A stretch of DNA of 24,647 bases from Macrostomum lignano (lineage: Eukaryota), in assembly GCA_002269645.1 (NCBI GenBank), contig NIVC01005152.1:1-24647 (forward strand), written 5' to 3'. A program made the position numbers and the translations under genes. The notes under the pieces were generated by a model, which was given only the letters and a program-made list of their open reading frames with translations, was not told the DNA's origin and made no database searches. How positions within the stretch are numbered: position 1 is the stretch's first letter; every line of letters begins with the position of its first letter. Positions 1 to 12,078 of the stretch are shown here, one piece after another.

Positions 1-1080
1 CTGGGATGTGGGATCTGGGATGTAGGAGCTGGGATGTGGGATCTGGGATGTGGGATCTGGGATCTGGGATCTGGGATGTGGGATGTGGGATGTGGGATGT
101 GGGATGTGGGATGTGGGATCTGGGATGTGGGATCTGGGATGTAGGATCTGGGATGTGGGATCTGGGATGTAGGATCTGGGATGTGGGATCTGGGATGTGG
201 GATCTTCGATGTAGGATCTGGGATGTGGGATCTGGGATGTGGATCTGGGATGTGGGATCTGGGATGTAGGATCTGGGATGTGGGATCTGGGATGTAGGAT
301 CTGGGATGTGGGATCTGGGATGTGGGATCTTCGATGTAGGATCTGGGATGTGGGATCTGGGATGTGGGATCTGGGATGTGGGATCTGGGATGTGGGATCT
401 GGGATGTGGGATCTGGGATGTGGGATGTGGATGTGGGATGTGGGATGTTGGATGTGGGATGTGGGATCTGGGATGTGGGATCTGGGATGTGGGATCTGGA
501 TGTAGGATCTGGGATGTAGGATCTGGGATGTGGGATCTTGGATGTAGGATCTGAGATGTGGGATCTTCGATGTAGGATCTGGATGTGGGATCTGGGATGT
601 GGGATCTGGGATGTGGGATCTGGGATCTGGGATCTGGGATGTGGGATCTGGGATGTGGGATGTGGGATGTGGGATGTTGGATGTGGGATCTGGGATCTGG
701 GATGTGGATCTGGGATGTGGGATCTGGGATGTAGGATCTGGGATGTAGGATCTGGGATGTGGGATCTTGGATGTAGGATCTGGGATGTGGGATCTGGGAT
801 GTAGGATCTGGGATGTGGGATCTGGGATGTAGGATCTGGGATGGGATCTCTGGATGTAGGATCTGGGATGTGGGATCTGGGATGTAGGATCTGGGATGTA
901 GGATCTGGGATGTGGGATCTGGGATGTAGGATCTGGGATGTGGGATCTGGGATGTAGGATCTGGGATGTGGGATCTTCGATGTAGGATCTGGGATGTGGG
1001 ATCTGGATGTAGGATCAGGGATGTAGGATCTGGGATCTGGATTTTAGGTTGTAAGATGTGGTTCTGGGATGTGGGATGTG
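1..1080 (+). repeat. GGGATGT/GGGATCT 7-bp-based satellite (14/20/21-bp composite units); runs off the left edge
   Basis: Seen directly; degenerates up to ~1160. Confidence 0.97.
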
Positions 1081-1740
1081 GGATCTTTGATATGAAATCT
1101 GTGGATGTGATGTGGTGTGATGTCGGATATGGAATGTTTTCATGTGGGATGTGGGATCCGAGATATGGATACGGCATTCGATTACTAGGATTCAGCATGT
1201 GGTATTTGAGATGCAGAGTCGGGTACAGAATTTGATCTGGTACGCATAGGAAGTCCCGAGAACTATTAGACTTGGGTATTTTTAGCAACACTCAGCAAAT
1301 AACAACCGGAGCCCATCCTCCCTTACAGAGTTGCAGACGCGGCAAAGAACAACAAGAAGCAGACAGAAGTGCAAGCAAATCTTCCTTGCCTTCTCCCATG
1401 CCAGGAGTTTGGGTCTCGAGATGCACCGCCTTCTGCATTCCGCCTCTCGGCAGACAGCCAGCAGACACTGCAGGCAGCCCCACCATCCCCCATTATTCCC
1501 CCCCACCCTCAAAATGATCCTCCCACACAGTCCCGCAGTGCGCTCCGTTCTCGGAGGCTCCCCGGAGGGCCTTCAAAAAAAGAGCGGAGGGAATATCGGT
1601 CGGCATCGACTAGAAGAGAAGCATGGCTTCAGTGTCTTTAGGTTGCCCCGAAGGACCAAAGCAGCGCCTGACCGCTGCACCCAGTTCGGGGGGGGGGTCT
1701 ATAAAATAATTAACTTTGCAGCGCAGCCTGCCCTGCTAAC

Positions 1741-1907
1741 CTGGGTGGGGAGGGTATGTCTGGGTGACGGAGCCTCGGGTGCCGCTACCGTGTTTGCATC
1801 CGGGTGACACCAAGCCGCGCCATCTCGACTCCCCGGCCTCGATCCTTTTCCCCTCGTTTCGCCACAATCATTTTTCGCCTCCCAAAACTTCGAAGTAGCT
1901 CCCGATC
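1741..1907 (-). CDS. Candidate further unc-5 exon (unrecognised sequence)
   Basis: Pyrimidine tract + ttggcag|GA, open in the phase-1 frame expected after exon 4 (GSGATSKFWEAKNDCGE..HTLPTQ), then CAG|gttagc. 167 nt. No domain similarity recognised, so this may be chance. Confidence 0.25.
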
Positions 1908-2638
1908 CTGCCAAGGAGACCAGCCGGGAATGCGGGAGTGGGGGGGGGAAGTAACACTAGAAATGTCACTGCCGCCATCTCTTCTCTCTGGCTGTCTAAA
2001 TCTCTGTCCTTCTATATACTCTCGAGCCCGGAGCCCGCTGTATCGATGACAAGCTTCGGTGGCGGTGACAAGAGTTACACAGCAGCGCTGCGATGTGGCA
2101 CCGCAAGTCAGGCCCAATCAGGAAGATCAGCATCAGCTGCTGCTGTGGAAGAAAGCAAAATTCTTCCCCCAACCACCGAAATCTGTCTGTCTCCATGTGT
2201 TTATTGTCCCCATTCCAACCAAGGTGTACACTTCCCAAGTCGCCTTGATCCCAAAAGACTAGCTTAGCTAGGTCGGTCGTCACGGTTTTACAGCTCGACT
2301 TCAACTGGTGAGGCTTGGAGTCGCGCACTGTCATTGCGCTATCGCATTTCGCAGCTATTATGTTTTTGTAAAAGTTGAACCAAAAGTTTTTTCCGAGTCT
2401 GAGGTGGTTCATCCTACTTTAGGAAGAAACTGCGTCATTTTTTATACCAGTAGGGACTTTAGAATGGCCTTACTGTAGATCTTCAGCGACTCCTGCAGCA
2501 TCTTCGACAGTTAAGAAAAACAATAGAAAAGAGTGTTGCTTTTTCAGTTCAAGAAAATAACAGGTCCCCGGGTCAGGTGATGAGATCTTAAGATCAAGAA
2601 GTTAATCTATGAGTTTCAAGGACACACGAACAGTTTAA

Positions 2639-3038
2639 ATTCAAGGTCATACAACTTCAAGGTCACCCAACCAAACTTCAAGGTCACCCAATCAAACTTC
2701 AAGGTCACCCAACCAAACTTTACGGTCACCCAACCAAACTTCAAGGTCACCCAACCAAACTTCAAGGTCACCCAACCAAACTTCAAGGTCACCCAACCAA
2801 ACTTCACGGTCACTCAATCAAACTTCAAGGTCACCCAACCAAACTTCAAGGTCACCCAACAAATCAAGGTCACCCAACCAAACTTCAAGGTCACCCAAAC
2901 AAACTTCAAGGTCACCCAACAAATCACGGTCACCCAACCAAACTTCTAGGTCACCCAAACAAACTTCAAGGTCACTCAACAAAAATTCAAGGTCACCCAA
3001 CCAAACTTCACGGTCATCCAATAAAGATTCAAGGTCAC
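2639..3038 (+). repeat. 21-bp minisatellite AACTTCAAGGTCACCCAACCA, ~18 copies
   Basis: Seen directly; ends ~30 nt from the exon 4 donor. Confidence 0.95.
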
Positions 3039-3071
3039 GGATTTTTTAAATCAAGTCGCAAGCTTACTCAC

Positions 3072-3284
3072 CAATGCACTTTGCGTCGCACATCTCCGCC
3101 GTTCTGGCCTCACCGACGCATGGCCGGCCGCCGTACTGCGGCCGCGGATTGTTGCACTGGCGTCGACGCTCGCGACGCTGTTCGGAGCACTCCGACGGAC
3201 ACTGGTCGCGACCGGTCGGGCCGACGGTTTCGCAGCGTGGATCGCAGGCACGCCAAATCGTCCAGGGTGACCAGCCGCCGTTAA
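3072..3284 (-). CDS. unc-5: UNC-5 coding exon 4 (thrombospondin type-1 repeat)
   Basis: Not listed in the ORF track in this frame. Acceptor ttctgcttcag|TT and donor ATT G|gtgagt; 213 nt, phase 1/1. Translates (V)NGGWSPWTIWRACDPRCETVGPTGRDQCPSECSEQRRERRRQCNNPRPQYGGRPCVGEARTAEMCDAKCI, with the WxxWxxW, RxRxC and CNNPxPxxGGxxCxG TSR motifs. Joining to exon 3 recreates the UNC5 junction IY-VNGGWS. Confidence 0.92.
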
Positions 3285-3460
3285 CTGAAGCAGAACCGCA
3301 TGGGGGATTGGGCGGGGATTGGCATGGTAAGTGTTAATTTTAATGGAAAATTCCCTTGATTATCTTGATAGGATATGCGAATGTCTAAACAAAAACTATT
3401 AAATATTTGACAATGGAAAATTCCAAAATTAAAAATATCTGTACAACTTAATATAATATA

Positions 3461-3775
3461 CTAGAGGTTCTAGCCTAGTGGTCAGAGCGTCAGAGTCACG
3501 ACTTGAAGGTCGGGGGTTCGATTTCCGACTCACTCGGAACAATCTGTGTCTTTGAGCAAGACACTAATATCTGCATTGCTTCAGTTCACCCAGCTGTAAA
3601 ATAGGTGCCAGCATTAGCTGGGGTAATTGAGGGTGTGTGTGGCGACCCCCCAGTGCTTGGACTGAACAGCCGTACGCAGCCTTCAGATGCGCCGCGCAAT
3701 AGCTGCGGCTGAGCTGTCGGTTGCACATCTGCCCATTAAGGCAGGTGTAATGAATTATTATTATTATTATTATTA
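3461..3775 (+). mobile_element. tRNA-derived SINE with CORE-like central domain, antisense within unc-5 intron
   Basis: A box TAGCCTAGTGG (3471-3481) and B box GGTTCGATTTCC (~3515-3526). TGTGTCTTTGAGCAAGACACT..GCTTCAGTTCACCCAGCTGTAAAATAGG resembles the MIR/CORE consensus (TGTGACCTTGGGCAAGTCACT..CCTCAGTTTCCTCATCTGTAAAATGGG). Ends in a 3' hairpin at 3725-3748 and an (ATT)n tail at 3753-3775. Confidence 0.85.
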
Positions 3776-3864
3776 GTTTTTTACAAAGAAAAATTCCCAA
3801 AATAGTCAATATAATAAAGCAATAGTTAATCTAAAAACGCAATATGGTACTCCTGAACTCTAGG

Positions 3865-4787
<923 letters not shown>

Positions 4788-4858
4788 GGTGTGTCGTGCA
4801 CAGTTTTTGCTGGCAATAGATTTTCGAGTAGCTAGCAATAGTTAGCTCGAACTCGTAG

Positions 4859-4862
<4 letters not shown>

Positions 4863-4914
<52 letters not shown>
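4863..4914 (+). repeat. (GA)n microsatellite
   Basis: About 26 perfect GA units. Confidence 0.98.
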
Positions 4915-4917
<3 letters not shown>

Positions 4918-5459
4918 GGAAACACGCTAAATCACAAATTTTATTGAGCTAACTTATATGAAATATTATTATTAGCCAGGGAGAGAGAGGGGGACGGAGG
5001 GAACGGACTGAGACTTTTGCTCAAGTATATTCGTGCAAAATGTTGTATAGATTTTATCAACTTTGCTATTGATATGCGCTTGGCTATGATTATATTGATG
5101 TATTTTTAGTAGACACGCATCAAGAGTTCAGCGGTTGTACTTGGAGATGAAAACGAGGGAAGCTGGCTTGGCCTCCTGACTTTGAGGATGACTGAGTCCT
5201 GCTTAATCTGGATTTTCTCTAGAAGCTCTGGCTGCTATGCGGGCGTGTGCGCACTTTTAGCCAGCGGACTTCTCGGGGTTGGCTTGATTTGAGTCCGTCA
5301 CCCTTCACCCTTCAGTCCATCGCGCTGCGTTGTAACCGTTTCGAATCTTTCAGATTTTTATTGAGGACTTGTCTTCTTGAGATATCTGCATCAAGTTTTC
5401 TACAGTGTGCCTTCCTTTCTCCTTTCCCCTGCCTTGATCCCTTCTCTACATCTCTACGC

Positions 5460-6700
5460 TCTTGGTCTACTTCTATGTCTACCTTCTCTCACATATCTAC
5501 CTCATGTTACGAGTATCTACCTTTCTACCTCCCTACCTACCTACCTTTCTACCTCCTATCTTACCTCTCTGTCTCCATTTACTTCTCTATCTCTCTTCTC
5601 CACCTCTCTACCTACGTTTCTCTGTCTCTCTACCTGCCTTATTACCTCTATCTCTCTTATCTACCTCCTTACCTCTCTTATTTAACTCTCTACCTCTCCT
5701 TTGTGTCCCTACCTCTCTTATCTGTGTCCCTACCTCTCTTATCTGTGTCTCTACCTCTCTTATCTGTGTCTCTACCTCTCTTATCTGTGTCCCTACCTCT
5801 CTTATCTGTGTCCCTACCTCTCTTATCTGTGTCCCTACCTCTCTTATCTGTGTCTCTACCTCTCTTATCTGTCTCTACCTCTCTTATCTGTCTCTACCTC
5901 TCTTATCTACCTCTCTACCTCTCTTATCTATGCCTCTACCTCTCTTATCTACCTATCTACCTCTCTTATCTGTGTCTCTACCTCTCTTAGCTGTACCTCT
6001 ACCTCTCTTATCTACCTGTCTACCTCTCTTATCTACCTATCTACCTCTCTTATCTGTGTCTCTACCTCTCTTATCTGTGTCTCTACCTCTCTTATCTGTG
6101 TCCCTACCTCTCTTATCTGTGTCCCTACCTCTCTTATCTGTGTCTCTACCTCTCTTATCTGTGTCCCTACCTCTCTTATCTGTGTCCCTACCTCTCTTTT
6201 CTGTGTCCCTACCTCTCTTATCTGTGTCCCTACCTCTCTTATCTGTGTCCCTACCTCTCTTATCTGCGTCCCTACCTCTCTTATCTGTGTCCCTACCTCT
6301 CTTATCTGTGTCCCTACCTCTCTTATCGTGTCTCTACCTCTCTTATCTGCGTCCCTACCTCTCTTATCTGTGCCTCTACCTCTCTTATCTACCTATCTAC
6401 CTCTCTTATCGTGTCCCTACCTCTCTTATCTGTGTCCCTACCTCTCTTATCTGTGTCCCTACCTCTCTTATCTGTGTCCCTACCTCTCTTATCTGTGTCC
6501 CTACCTCTCTTATCTGTGTCCCTACCTCTCTTATCTGTGTCCCTACCTCTCTTATCTGTGTCCCTACCTCTCTTATCTGTGTCCCTACCTCTCTTATCTG
6601 TGTCCCTACCTCTCTTATCGTGTCTCTACCTCTCTTATCTACCTCTCTATCTGCTTATCTACATCTCCTTCTCTCTCTCCTCTGTCTTTGATTTCTCTCT
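5460..6700 (+). repeat. Pyrimidine-rich 21-bp minisatellite CCTACCTCTCTTATCTGTGTC with degenerate flanks
   Basis: Clean array ~5700-6640, fading into C/T low complexity on both sides. Confidence 0.95.
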
Positions 6701-6885
6701 ATCGCAGAAAATGCTAGTTCGCAATCATTATGCTAAAAATAAAAGTACACAGCATTCTAAATATTAAATACAGGTAGGTAGTATCGACACCCTGGGATCA
6801 TAAATCGCGCATAATGCATGAATGCGGACGGTGCACAGCGTTATGCCCCAGGCATGAGGACTTGAATGAATTCGAAAATCATGTG

Positions 6886-6906
6886 ACACACACACACACA
6901 CACACA
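6886..6906 (+). repeat. (CA)n microsatellite
   Basis: About 10 units. Confidence 0.9.
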
Positions 6907-7242
6907 TCGCACTCGCTCGCGAGAGGTCAGCAAAGACGAGAAGATGAGAGCGCAAGCTGAGATAATATCGAGCTGGGAACACAGCTGACCACCACTTCGA
7001 TTTCTGCCCGATGCCATCCATATCCGCGGGTCTGATTCCTCTCCTGTGTATACACAAATGTTTGAATTTGTGCTTGTCACCCTCAATAGCTTGGCTGGCA
7101 ATGTCCACAAATGCAATTTTAATCTATCGCGCCAGCACTTCTCCCAGTCTCTAGGAGGGAGAAAGAGGAGAGGTAGAATAACCGTGTAACTGGGATTTGA
7201 AACGATTTCATTAGGGATCATTTTTTACATTATCCTTCTCTT

Positions 7243-7908
7243 TTGAGGGCACTTTGGCGTCCTCCCTCTGGAAGACACTTTGGCGCCACTCTTGAAGGCA
7301 ATTTGGAGCCCTCCCTCTTGATGACACTTAGGCGCCCCGCTCTTGATGACACTTAGGCGCCCCGCTCTTGATGACACTTAGGCGCCCCGCTCTTGATGAC
7401 ACTTTGGCGCCCCGCTCTTGATGACACTTTGGCGCCCCGCTCTTGATGACACTTTGGCGCCCCGCTCTTGATGATACTTTGGCGCCCCGCTCTTGATGGC
7501 ACTTTGGCGCCCCGCTCTTGATGGCACTTTGGCGCCCCGCTCTTGAGGGCACTTTGGCGCCCCGCTCTTGAAGACACTTTGGCGCCACTCTTGATGACAC
7601 TTTGGCGCCCCGCTCTTGATGGCACTTTGGCGCCCCGCTCTTGAGGGCACTTTGGCGCCCCGCTCTTGAAGACACTTTGGCGCCACTCTTGATGACACTT
7701 TGGCGCCCCGCTCTTGAAGACACTTTGGCGCCCCGCTCTTGATGGCACTTTGGCGCCCCGCTCTTGAAGACACTTTGGCGCCACTCTTGATGACACTTTG
7801 GCGCCCCGCTCTTGAAGACACTTTGGCGCCCCGCTCTTGATGGCACTTTGGCGCCCCGCTCTTGATGGCACTTTGGCGCCCACCCTCTTGATGAAACTTT
7901 GGCGCCCC
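7243..7908 (+). repeat. 25-bp minisatellite GACACTTTGGCGCCCCGCTCTTGAT (23-bp variants), ~27 copies
   Basis: Seen directly; the 25-aa periodicity of the overlapping ORFs equals 3 x 25 nt. Confidence 0.96.
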
Positions 7909-8289
7909 CAAGGGTCACAATAAAATTCAAAGTATTACCAATCTACCTAGCAGAAGTGAAGTCTGGAACGAGGCGAATTCCCTCGAAAAAAGTGAAATGA
8001 AAACTATTCTTGGAATTTCCCCTTCAACCCTGGGGCTTCGCTGTCAGCCCGGGCTGCCCTTCCTCTGTTTCTAAGAAAACTGGGACTCGAAAATTTCTTT
8101 TTTCTCTCCAATTCCTTCAGGGTTGGCATGGGTTTCAGTTTCAGCTGAGGCAATTAAAGTTTGCGTTGTTGCAGCAGTTGGCGGGGTTGTTAGCTGAGAA
8201 AGCTTATCCAATTTCAGTTTTGTGCATCTCACAAATAGTGTGTGCATAGGGTACACATATAGTGTAAATTCAAACTTCACTGTAAAAGA

Positions 8290-8716
8290 AATGTACATCC
8301 AGTGTACTCAGTACAGTGAAATGTACAATTAGTGTACACACAGTGAAATGTACAATTAGTGTACACACAGTGAAATGTACAATTAGTGTACACACAGTGA
8401 AATGTACAATTAGTGTACACACAGTGAAATGTACAATTAGTGTACACACAGTGAAATGTACATCTAGTGTACACACAGTGAAATGTACAATTAGTGTACA
8501 CACAGTGAAATGTACAATTAGTGTACACACAGTGAAATGTACATCTAGTGTACACACAGTGAAATGTACATCTAGTGTACACACAGTGAAATGTACATCT
8601 AGTGTACACACAGTGAAATGTACATCTAGTGTACACACAGTGAAATGTACATCTAGTGTACACACAGTGAAATGTACATCTAGTGTACACACAGTGAAAT
8701 GTACATCTAGTGTACT
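8290..8716 (+). repeat. 27-bp minisatellite GTACACACAGTGAAATGTACA(TCT/ATT)AGT, ~15 copies
   Basis: Seen directly; two unit variants are clustered (ATT on the left, TCT on the right). Confidence 0.96.
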
Positions 8717-8776
8717 CCCAACTAACCACATGACCAGCGCATCCCGCGAAAGCGCGGACTCGAACCCAAGACTCAC

Positions 8777-8960
8777 CATAGATGGCCAGCTGGGCGGTCT
8801 TGGACGCCAGGGACTGTCCGGGGATTTGCGCCACGCAGCTGTAATTTCCCCGATCCTCCAGCATCAGCGGCCTGATGATCAGCTGGGCCTGATGGTCCAC
8901 GGTGACCCGGTCATTGTAGCGGGCTATGTCCAGCGGCTGGCCATCCTTCATCCAGTGCAC
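8777..8960 (-). CDS. unc-5: UNC-5 coding exon 3 (C-terminal half of Ig2)
   Basis: Acceptor tttctgcactctcag|GTG and donor TAT G|gtgagt. 184 nt = 61 codons + 1. VHWMKDGQPLD..QLIIRPLMLEDRGNYSCVAQ..AQLAIY carries the Ig I-set W and DxGxYxC motifs. Confidence 0.92.
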
Positions 8961-9608
8961 CTGAGAGTGCAGAAACATTGCTAGCATTAGATTTATTTCA
9001 TTGCTCTCTACTCTGAGAAATGCCCCCTCACCCGCCCACCTGTGGAGTCAATAATCTGAGACGAGTGGCTGGCAGAATTTTACAGCTCGCCCTGTTTAAA
9101 CAGACCACAAACTGACTGCTGACTCTGGGCTGCTGGGGTGCAGCCCATAGGGGGGGGGGGTTCACTCAGCAGGGGCCGGCTGTTCGCAAGGCCACTATTT
9201 GATATCTGGCCTAATACTGGCTGTCAATAATGTATGAAAAGTTGTCAGTCAAAATTCGCTATCTGACTGACTGTCCTCCCAGTTTATGAGGTCTGCAGCT
9301 CAGCGCTCTGAAGTTTTAATTAAAAATGCGTCTTGAAAACTTTTCAGTAGACATTTATTGTGTAGTACTCGTAAAATATAAGAGGGGCAGAGGGGTATCA
9401 GGAACCCCCAAAGCGCAGAGAGTGTACATGCCTGACGATGAGAAAGTCAGGGGGCGCTGTACACCCTGCGTGAGCGTGTGCGTGAGTGCGTGTGCTCAGG
9501 AGTCAACGGAATGGGCAGAATCGGCTTCAGCGATGAGGGCGATGTCGCTGAATGGCCTACCCCTTCTGCAAATATTATTATTGTTGTTAAAGCCTGTAAA
9601 ACTCTTAC

Positions 9609-9718
9609 CTTTGGCTTCGGATGAGCGACTGGAGGAGTGCAGGACAGCATGACGTTGTTGGCTTCAATTGAGACATTCTGCGGCACCGGATCAAACTGGA
9701 AGCGTTGCGACTCAAAAT
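9609..9718 (-). CDS. unc-5: UNC-5 coding exon 2 (N-terminal half of Ig2)
   Basis: Acceptor ctccgcag|AT and donor AAG|gtaaga. 110 nt, phase 1 in and phase 0 out. Gives (Y)FESQRFQFDPVPQNVSIEANNVMLSCTPPVAHPKPK, similar to UNC5 YLRKNFEQEP..VLPCRPPEGIPPAE. Confidence 0.88.
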
Positions 9719-9811
9719 CTGCGGAGTTGAGAAGCTCGGTAGATGCAGTTGGTGCAGTCGTTTTCTAGTTTCAAGAACGCAGCGGATTTAGAAGTCCAAC
9801 TAGGTCACCAA

Positions 9812-10180
9812 CAGTCTAAAGCACTCCAAAACTACAGTACTGGCAGTCTAGGGCACTCCAAATCTACTGCACCGGCAGTCTAGGGCACTCCAAATCTACA
9901 GCACCGGCAGTCTAGGGCACTCCAAATCTACATCACTGGCAGTCTAGGGCACTCCGAATCTACATCACTGGCAGTCTAGGGCACTCCAAATCTACATCAC
10001 TGGCAGTCTAGGGCACTCCAATTCTACATCACTGGCAGTCTAGGGCACTCCAAATCTACAACACCGGCAGTCTAGGGCACTCCAAATCTACAGCACCGGC
10101 AGTCTAGGGCACTCCAAATCTACAGCACCGGCAGTCTAGGGCACTCCAAATCTACAGCACTGGCAGTCTAGGGCACTCAA
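9812..10180 (+). repeat. 32-bp minisatellite CAGTCTAGGGCACTCCAAATCTACAGCACCGG, array A (~11 copies)
   Basis: Seen directly; same unit and orientation as the array at 13169-14430. Confidence 0.96.
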
Positions 10181-11284
10181 AGTCTGCGGAGTTAAGAAGG
10201 CCGGTACATGCAGTTAGCTCAGTCTTTTCCCAGCTTCAAGAAAGCAGCGCATCTGTTGCTGGGAAAAATTCTGAAACTTCTGGGACAACAGCCTCCAGAG
10301 GCTTATCAAATTTCAAATTAGATAATTCTCAAACGAGGGGCTCAATTTGCATTTGGGAAGGGGAATCAGAACCCACTTTCAATTTCGAGTCCTCATAAAA
10401 TTGGTGGAAGAAGAACTTTTCGAGTGTCCCCTTGCCGCGTCCTCCAAATTGCCCGAGGATTTCGGGCGGTAGCTGATGAGGCGCCGGTCTTAAAGTCGTT
10501 AGCGATGCTGGAACCAGTCGGGACACTGGCTAGTTGAGCCTCCCTTATCCCATTCGGGATCTTTTCTTGGTCGCAGCAATTCAATTTGCTGGGCAGAAGC
10601 AACACAGCGAAATCCTTCTTCTCCTCACAAGTGGGATCAGGCCCGGCTCGATTCCGCAGAGATGGGGATAATCGGATAGGGGATGAAGGGGTCAGAAACT
10701 GCGCGGAACTGCCGGTTCGTGGCAGGAGAGAGGGGGAACCATGATTCGCGTGTCGCCACATCAAGAAGTCACAGAAACAGCCTCGCTACCTGGCTTAGCG
10801 CTGCGGGTAGCCTATCTTCATCGGCTGATGTCGAAAGACAAAGAAGACGCTGGCCTCGCTTCCAAAAAAAGATTTGTGTTTATCTATCCCTGTTATCCCG
10901 TTCCCCGAGGCAAACTGGGAAGAAACAAGGCCAAACAAGCGATGCGCATTGAGATTTCAGTTGTATAGATTGTAGCTTGCAGATGCCTGCAGGCCAATCT
11001 AATAGATTGATTCAAGGGAATATTCGTAGGGAACGGCCAAAATCTCCTCTCCTCATTTATCTATCTCAGATCAGGCGCAATCAGTTCTGAGACGGGTTGC
11101 TCTAATTCGAACTAATCGACAGATTGGTACATCGCGTCTCTTTTTAACATGTGTCTTATGCGCTGCGAGGTATGAGTCACCCACTACGGTTAGGGCAGTG
11201 AGGGACAACCTGATTCCCGAGGACTGCAGCTTTGGAAGCCAATTTTTAGTGAGAGGAGAAAACAAGCAAGAAAAAGACGAGAAG

Positions 11285-12078
11285 ATAGGTGAGAAGAGAG
11301 AAAAGAGGAGAGATGAGAGATGAGAGAAGTAAGGAGAGATTGGAGTGCAAAGCAGAGGGAGAGGAGAGAGGAGAGAGGAGAGAGAAGAGAGTAGAGAGGA
11401 GAGGTTAGAGATGAGAGAGGAGAAAGGAGAGGAAAGAAAGAGGAGAGGGGAAAAGAGAAGAGAGGAGGGAGAAGAGAGGAGAAAGGAGAGAGAAGAGAGG
11501 TAAGAGGGAAGGGGAGAAAGGAGAGAGAAGAGAGGTAAGAGGAGAGATGAGAGATGAGAGAAGTAAGGAGAGCTTAGAGTGCAAAGCAGAGGGAGAGGAG
11601 AGAGGAGATAAAAGAGAGTAGAGAGAAGAGTTTAGAGAGGAGAGATGAGAAAGGAGAGAGGAGAAAGGAGAGAGAGAAGAGAGATGAGAGAGGAGAAAGG
11701 ATAGAGGAGAAAGGAGAGAGAAGTGAGGTAAGAGGGAAGGGGAGAAAGGAGAGAGAGAAGAGAGATGAGAGAGGAGAAAGGATAGAGGAGAAAGGAGAGA
11801 GAATTTAGGTAAGAGGGAAGAGGAGAAAGGAGAGAGAAGAGAGGAGAGAGGAGAGTTGAGAGGGGAGAGAGTAGAGATTAGAGAGGATAGGGGAGAGAGG
11901 AGAGTTTAGAGAGGAGAGTTGAAAGAGGAGAGTTGAGAGAGGAGAAAGCAAAGAGGAGAGAGGAGATAGGAGATTTGAGAGATCGGAGAGATGAGAGAGA
12001 AGCGAGGAAAGAGGAAAGAAGAGGGGCGAGAGGAGAGAGGAGAGAAGAGAGAAGAGGGGATAAAGGAGAGGAGAGACA
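11285..12078 (+). repeat. Purine-rich (G/A) low-complexity tract
   Basis: Almost entirely G/A, with local AGAGG/GAGAAAG duplications. Confidence 0.92.

Noticed and set aside
1282-1512. NNGGWWGC and a hydrophobic ICLHFCLLLVVLC stretch as TSP or TM exon
   Set aside because: No compatible splice sites found, TSR spacing is wrong, and the hydrophobic run is short and may be only a pyrimidine-rich tract.
1785-2117. PGWSPWQD as the start of the second TSP1 domain
   Set aside because: The frame is incompatible with a phase-1 acceptor, and the downstream Cys/Arg TSR pattern is absent before the stop.
3465-3535. Functional tRNA gene
   Set aside because: No convincing cloverleaf or acceptor stem; it continues into a CORE domain and tail, so it is a SINE head.
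8277-8987. Ig2 fused to a 236-aa C-terminal CTFHCVYTR repeat ORF
   Set aside because: This is read-through past a canonical GTGAGT donor at 8776 into the 27-bp array; the spliced form gives the conserved IY-VNGGW junction.
10176-10190. Recursive splice site
   Set aside because: Recursive sites need AG|GT; this junction is AG|AC.
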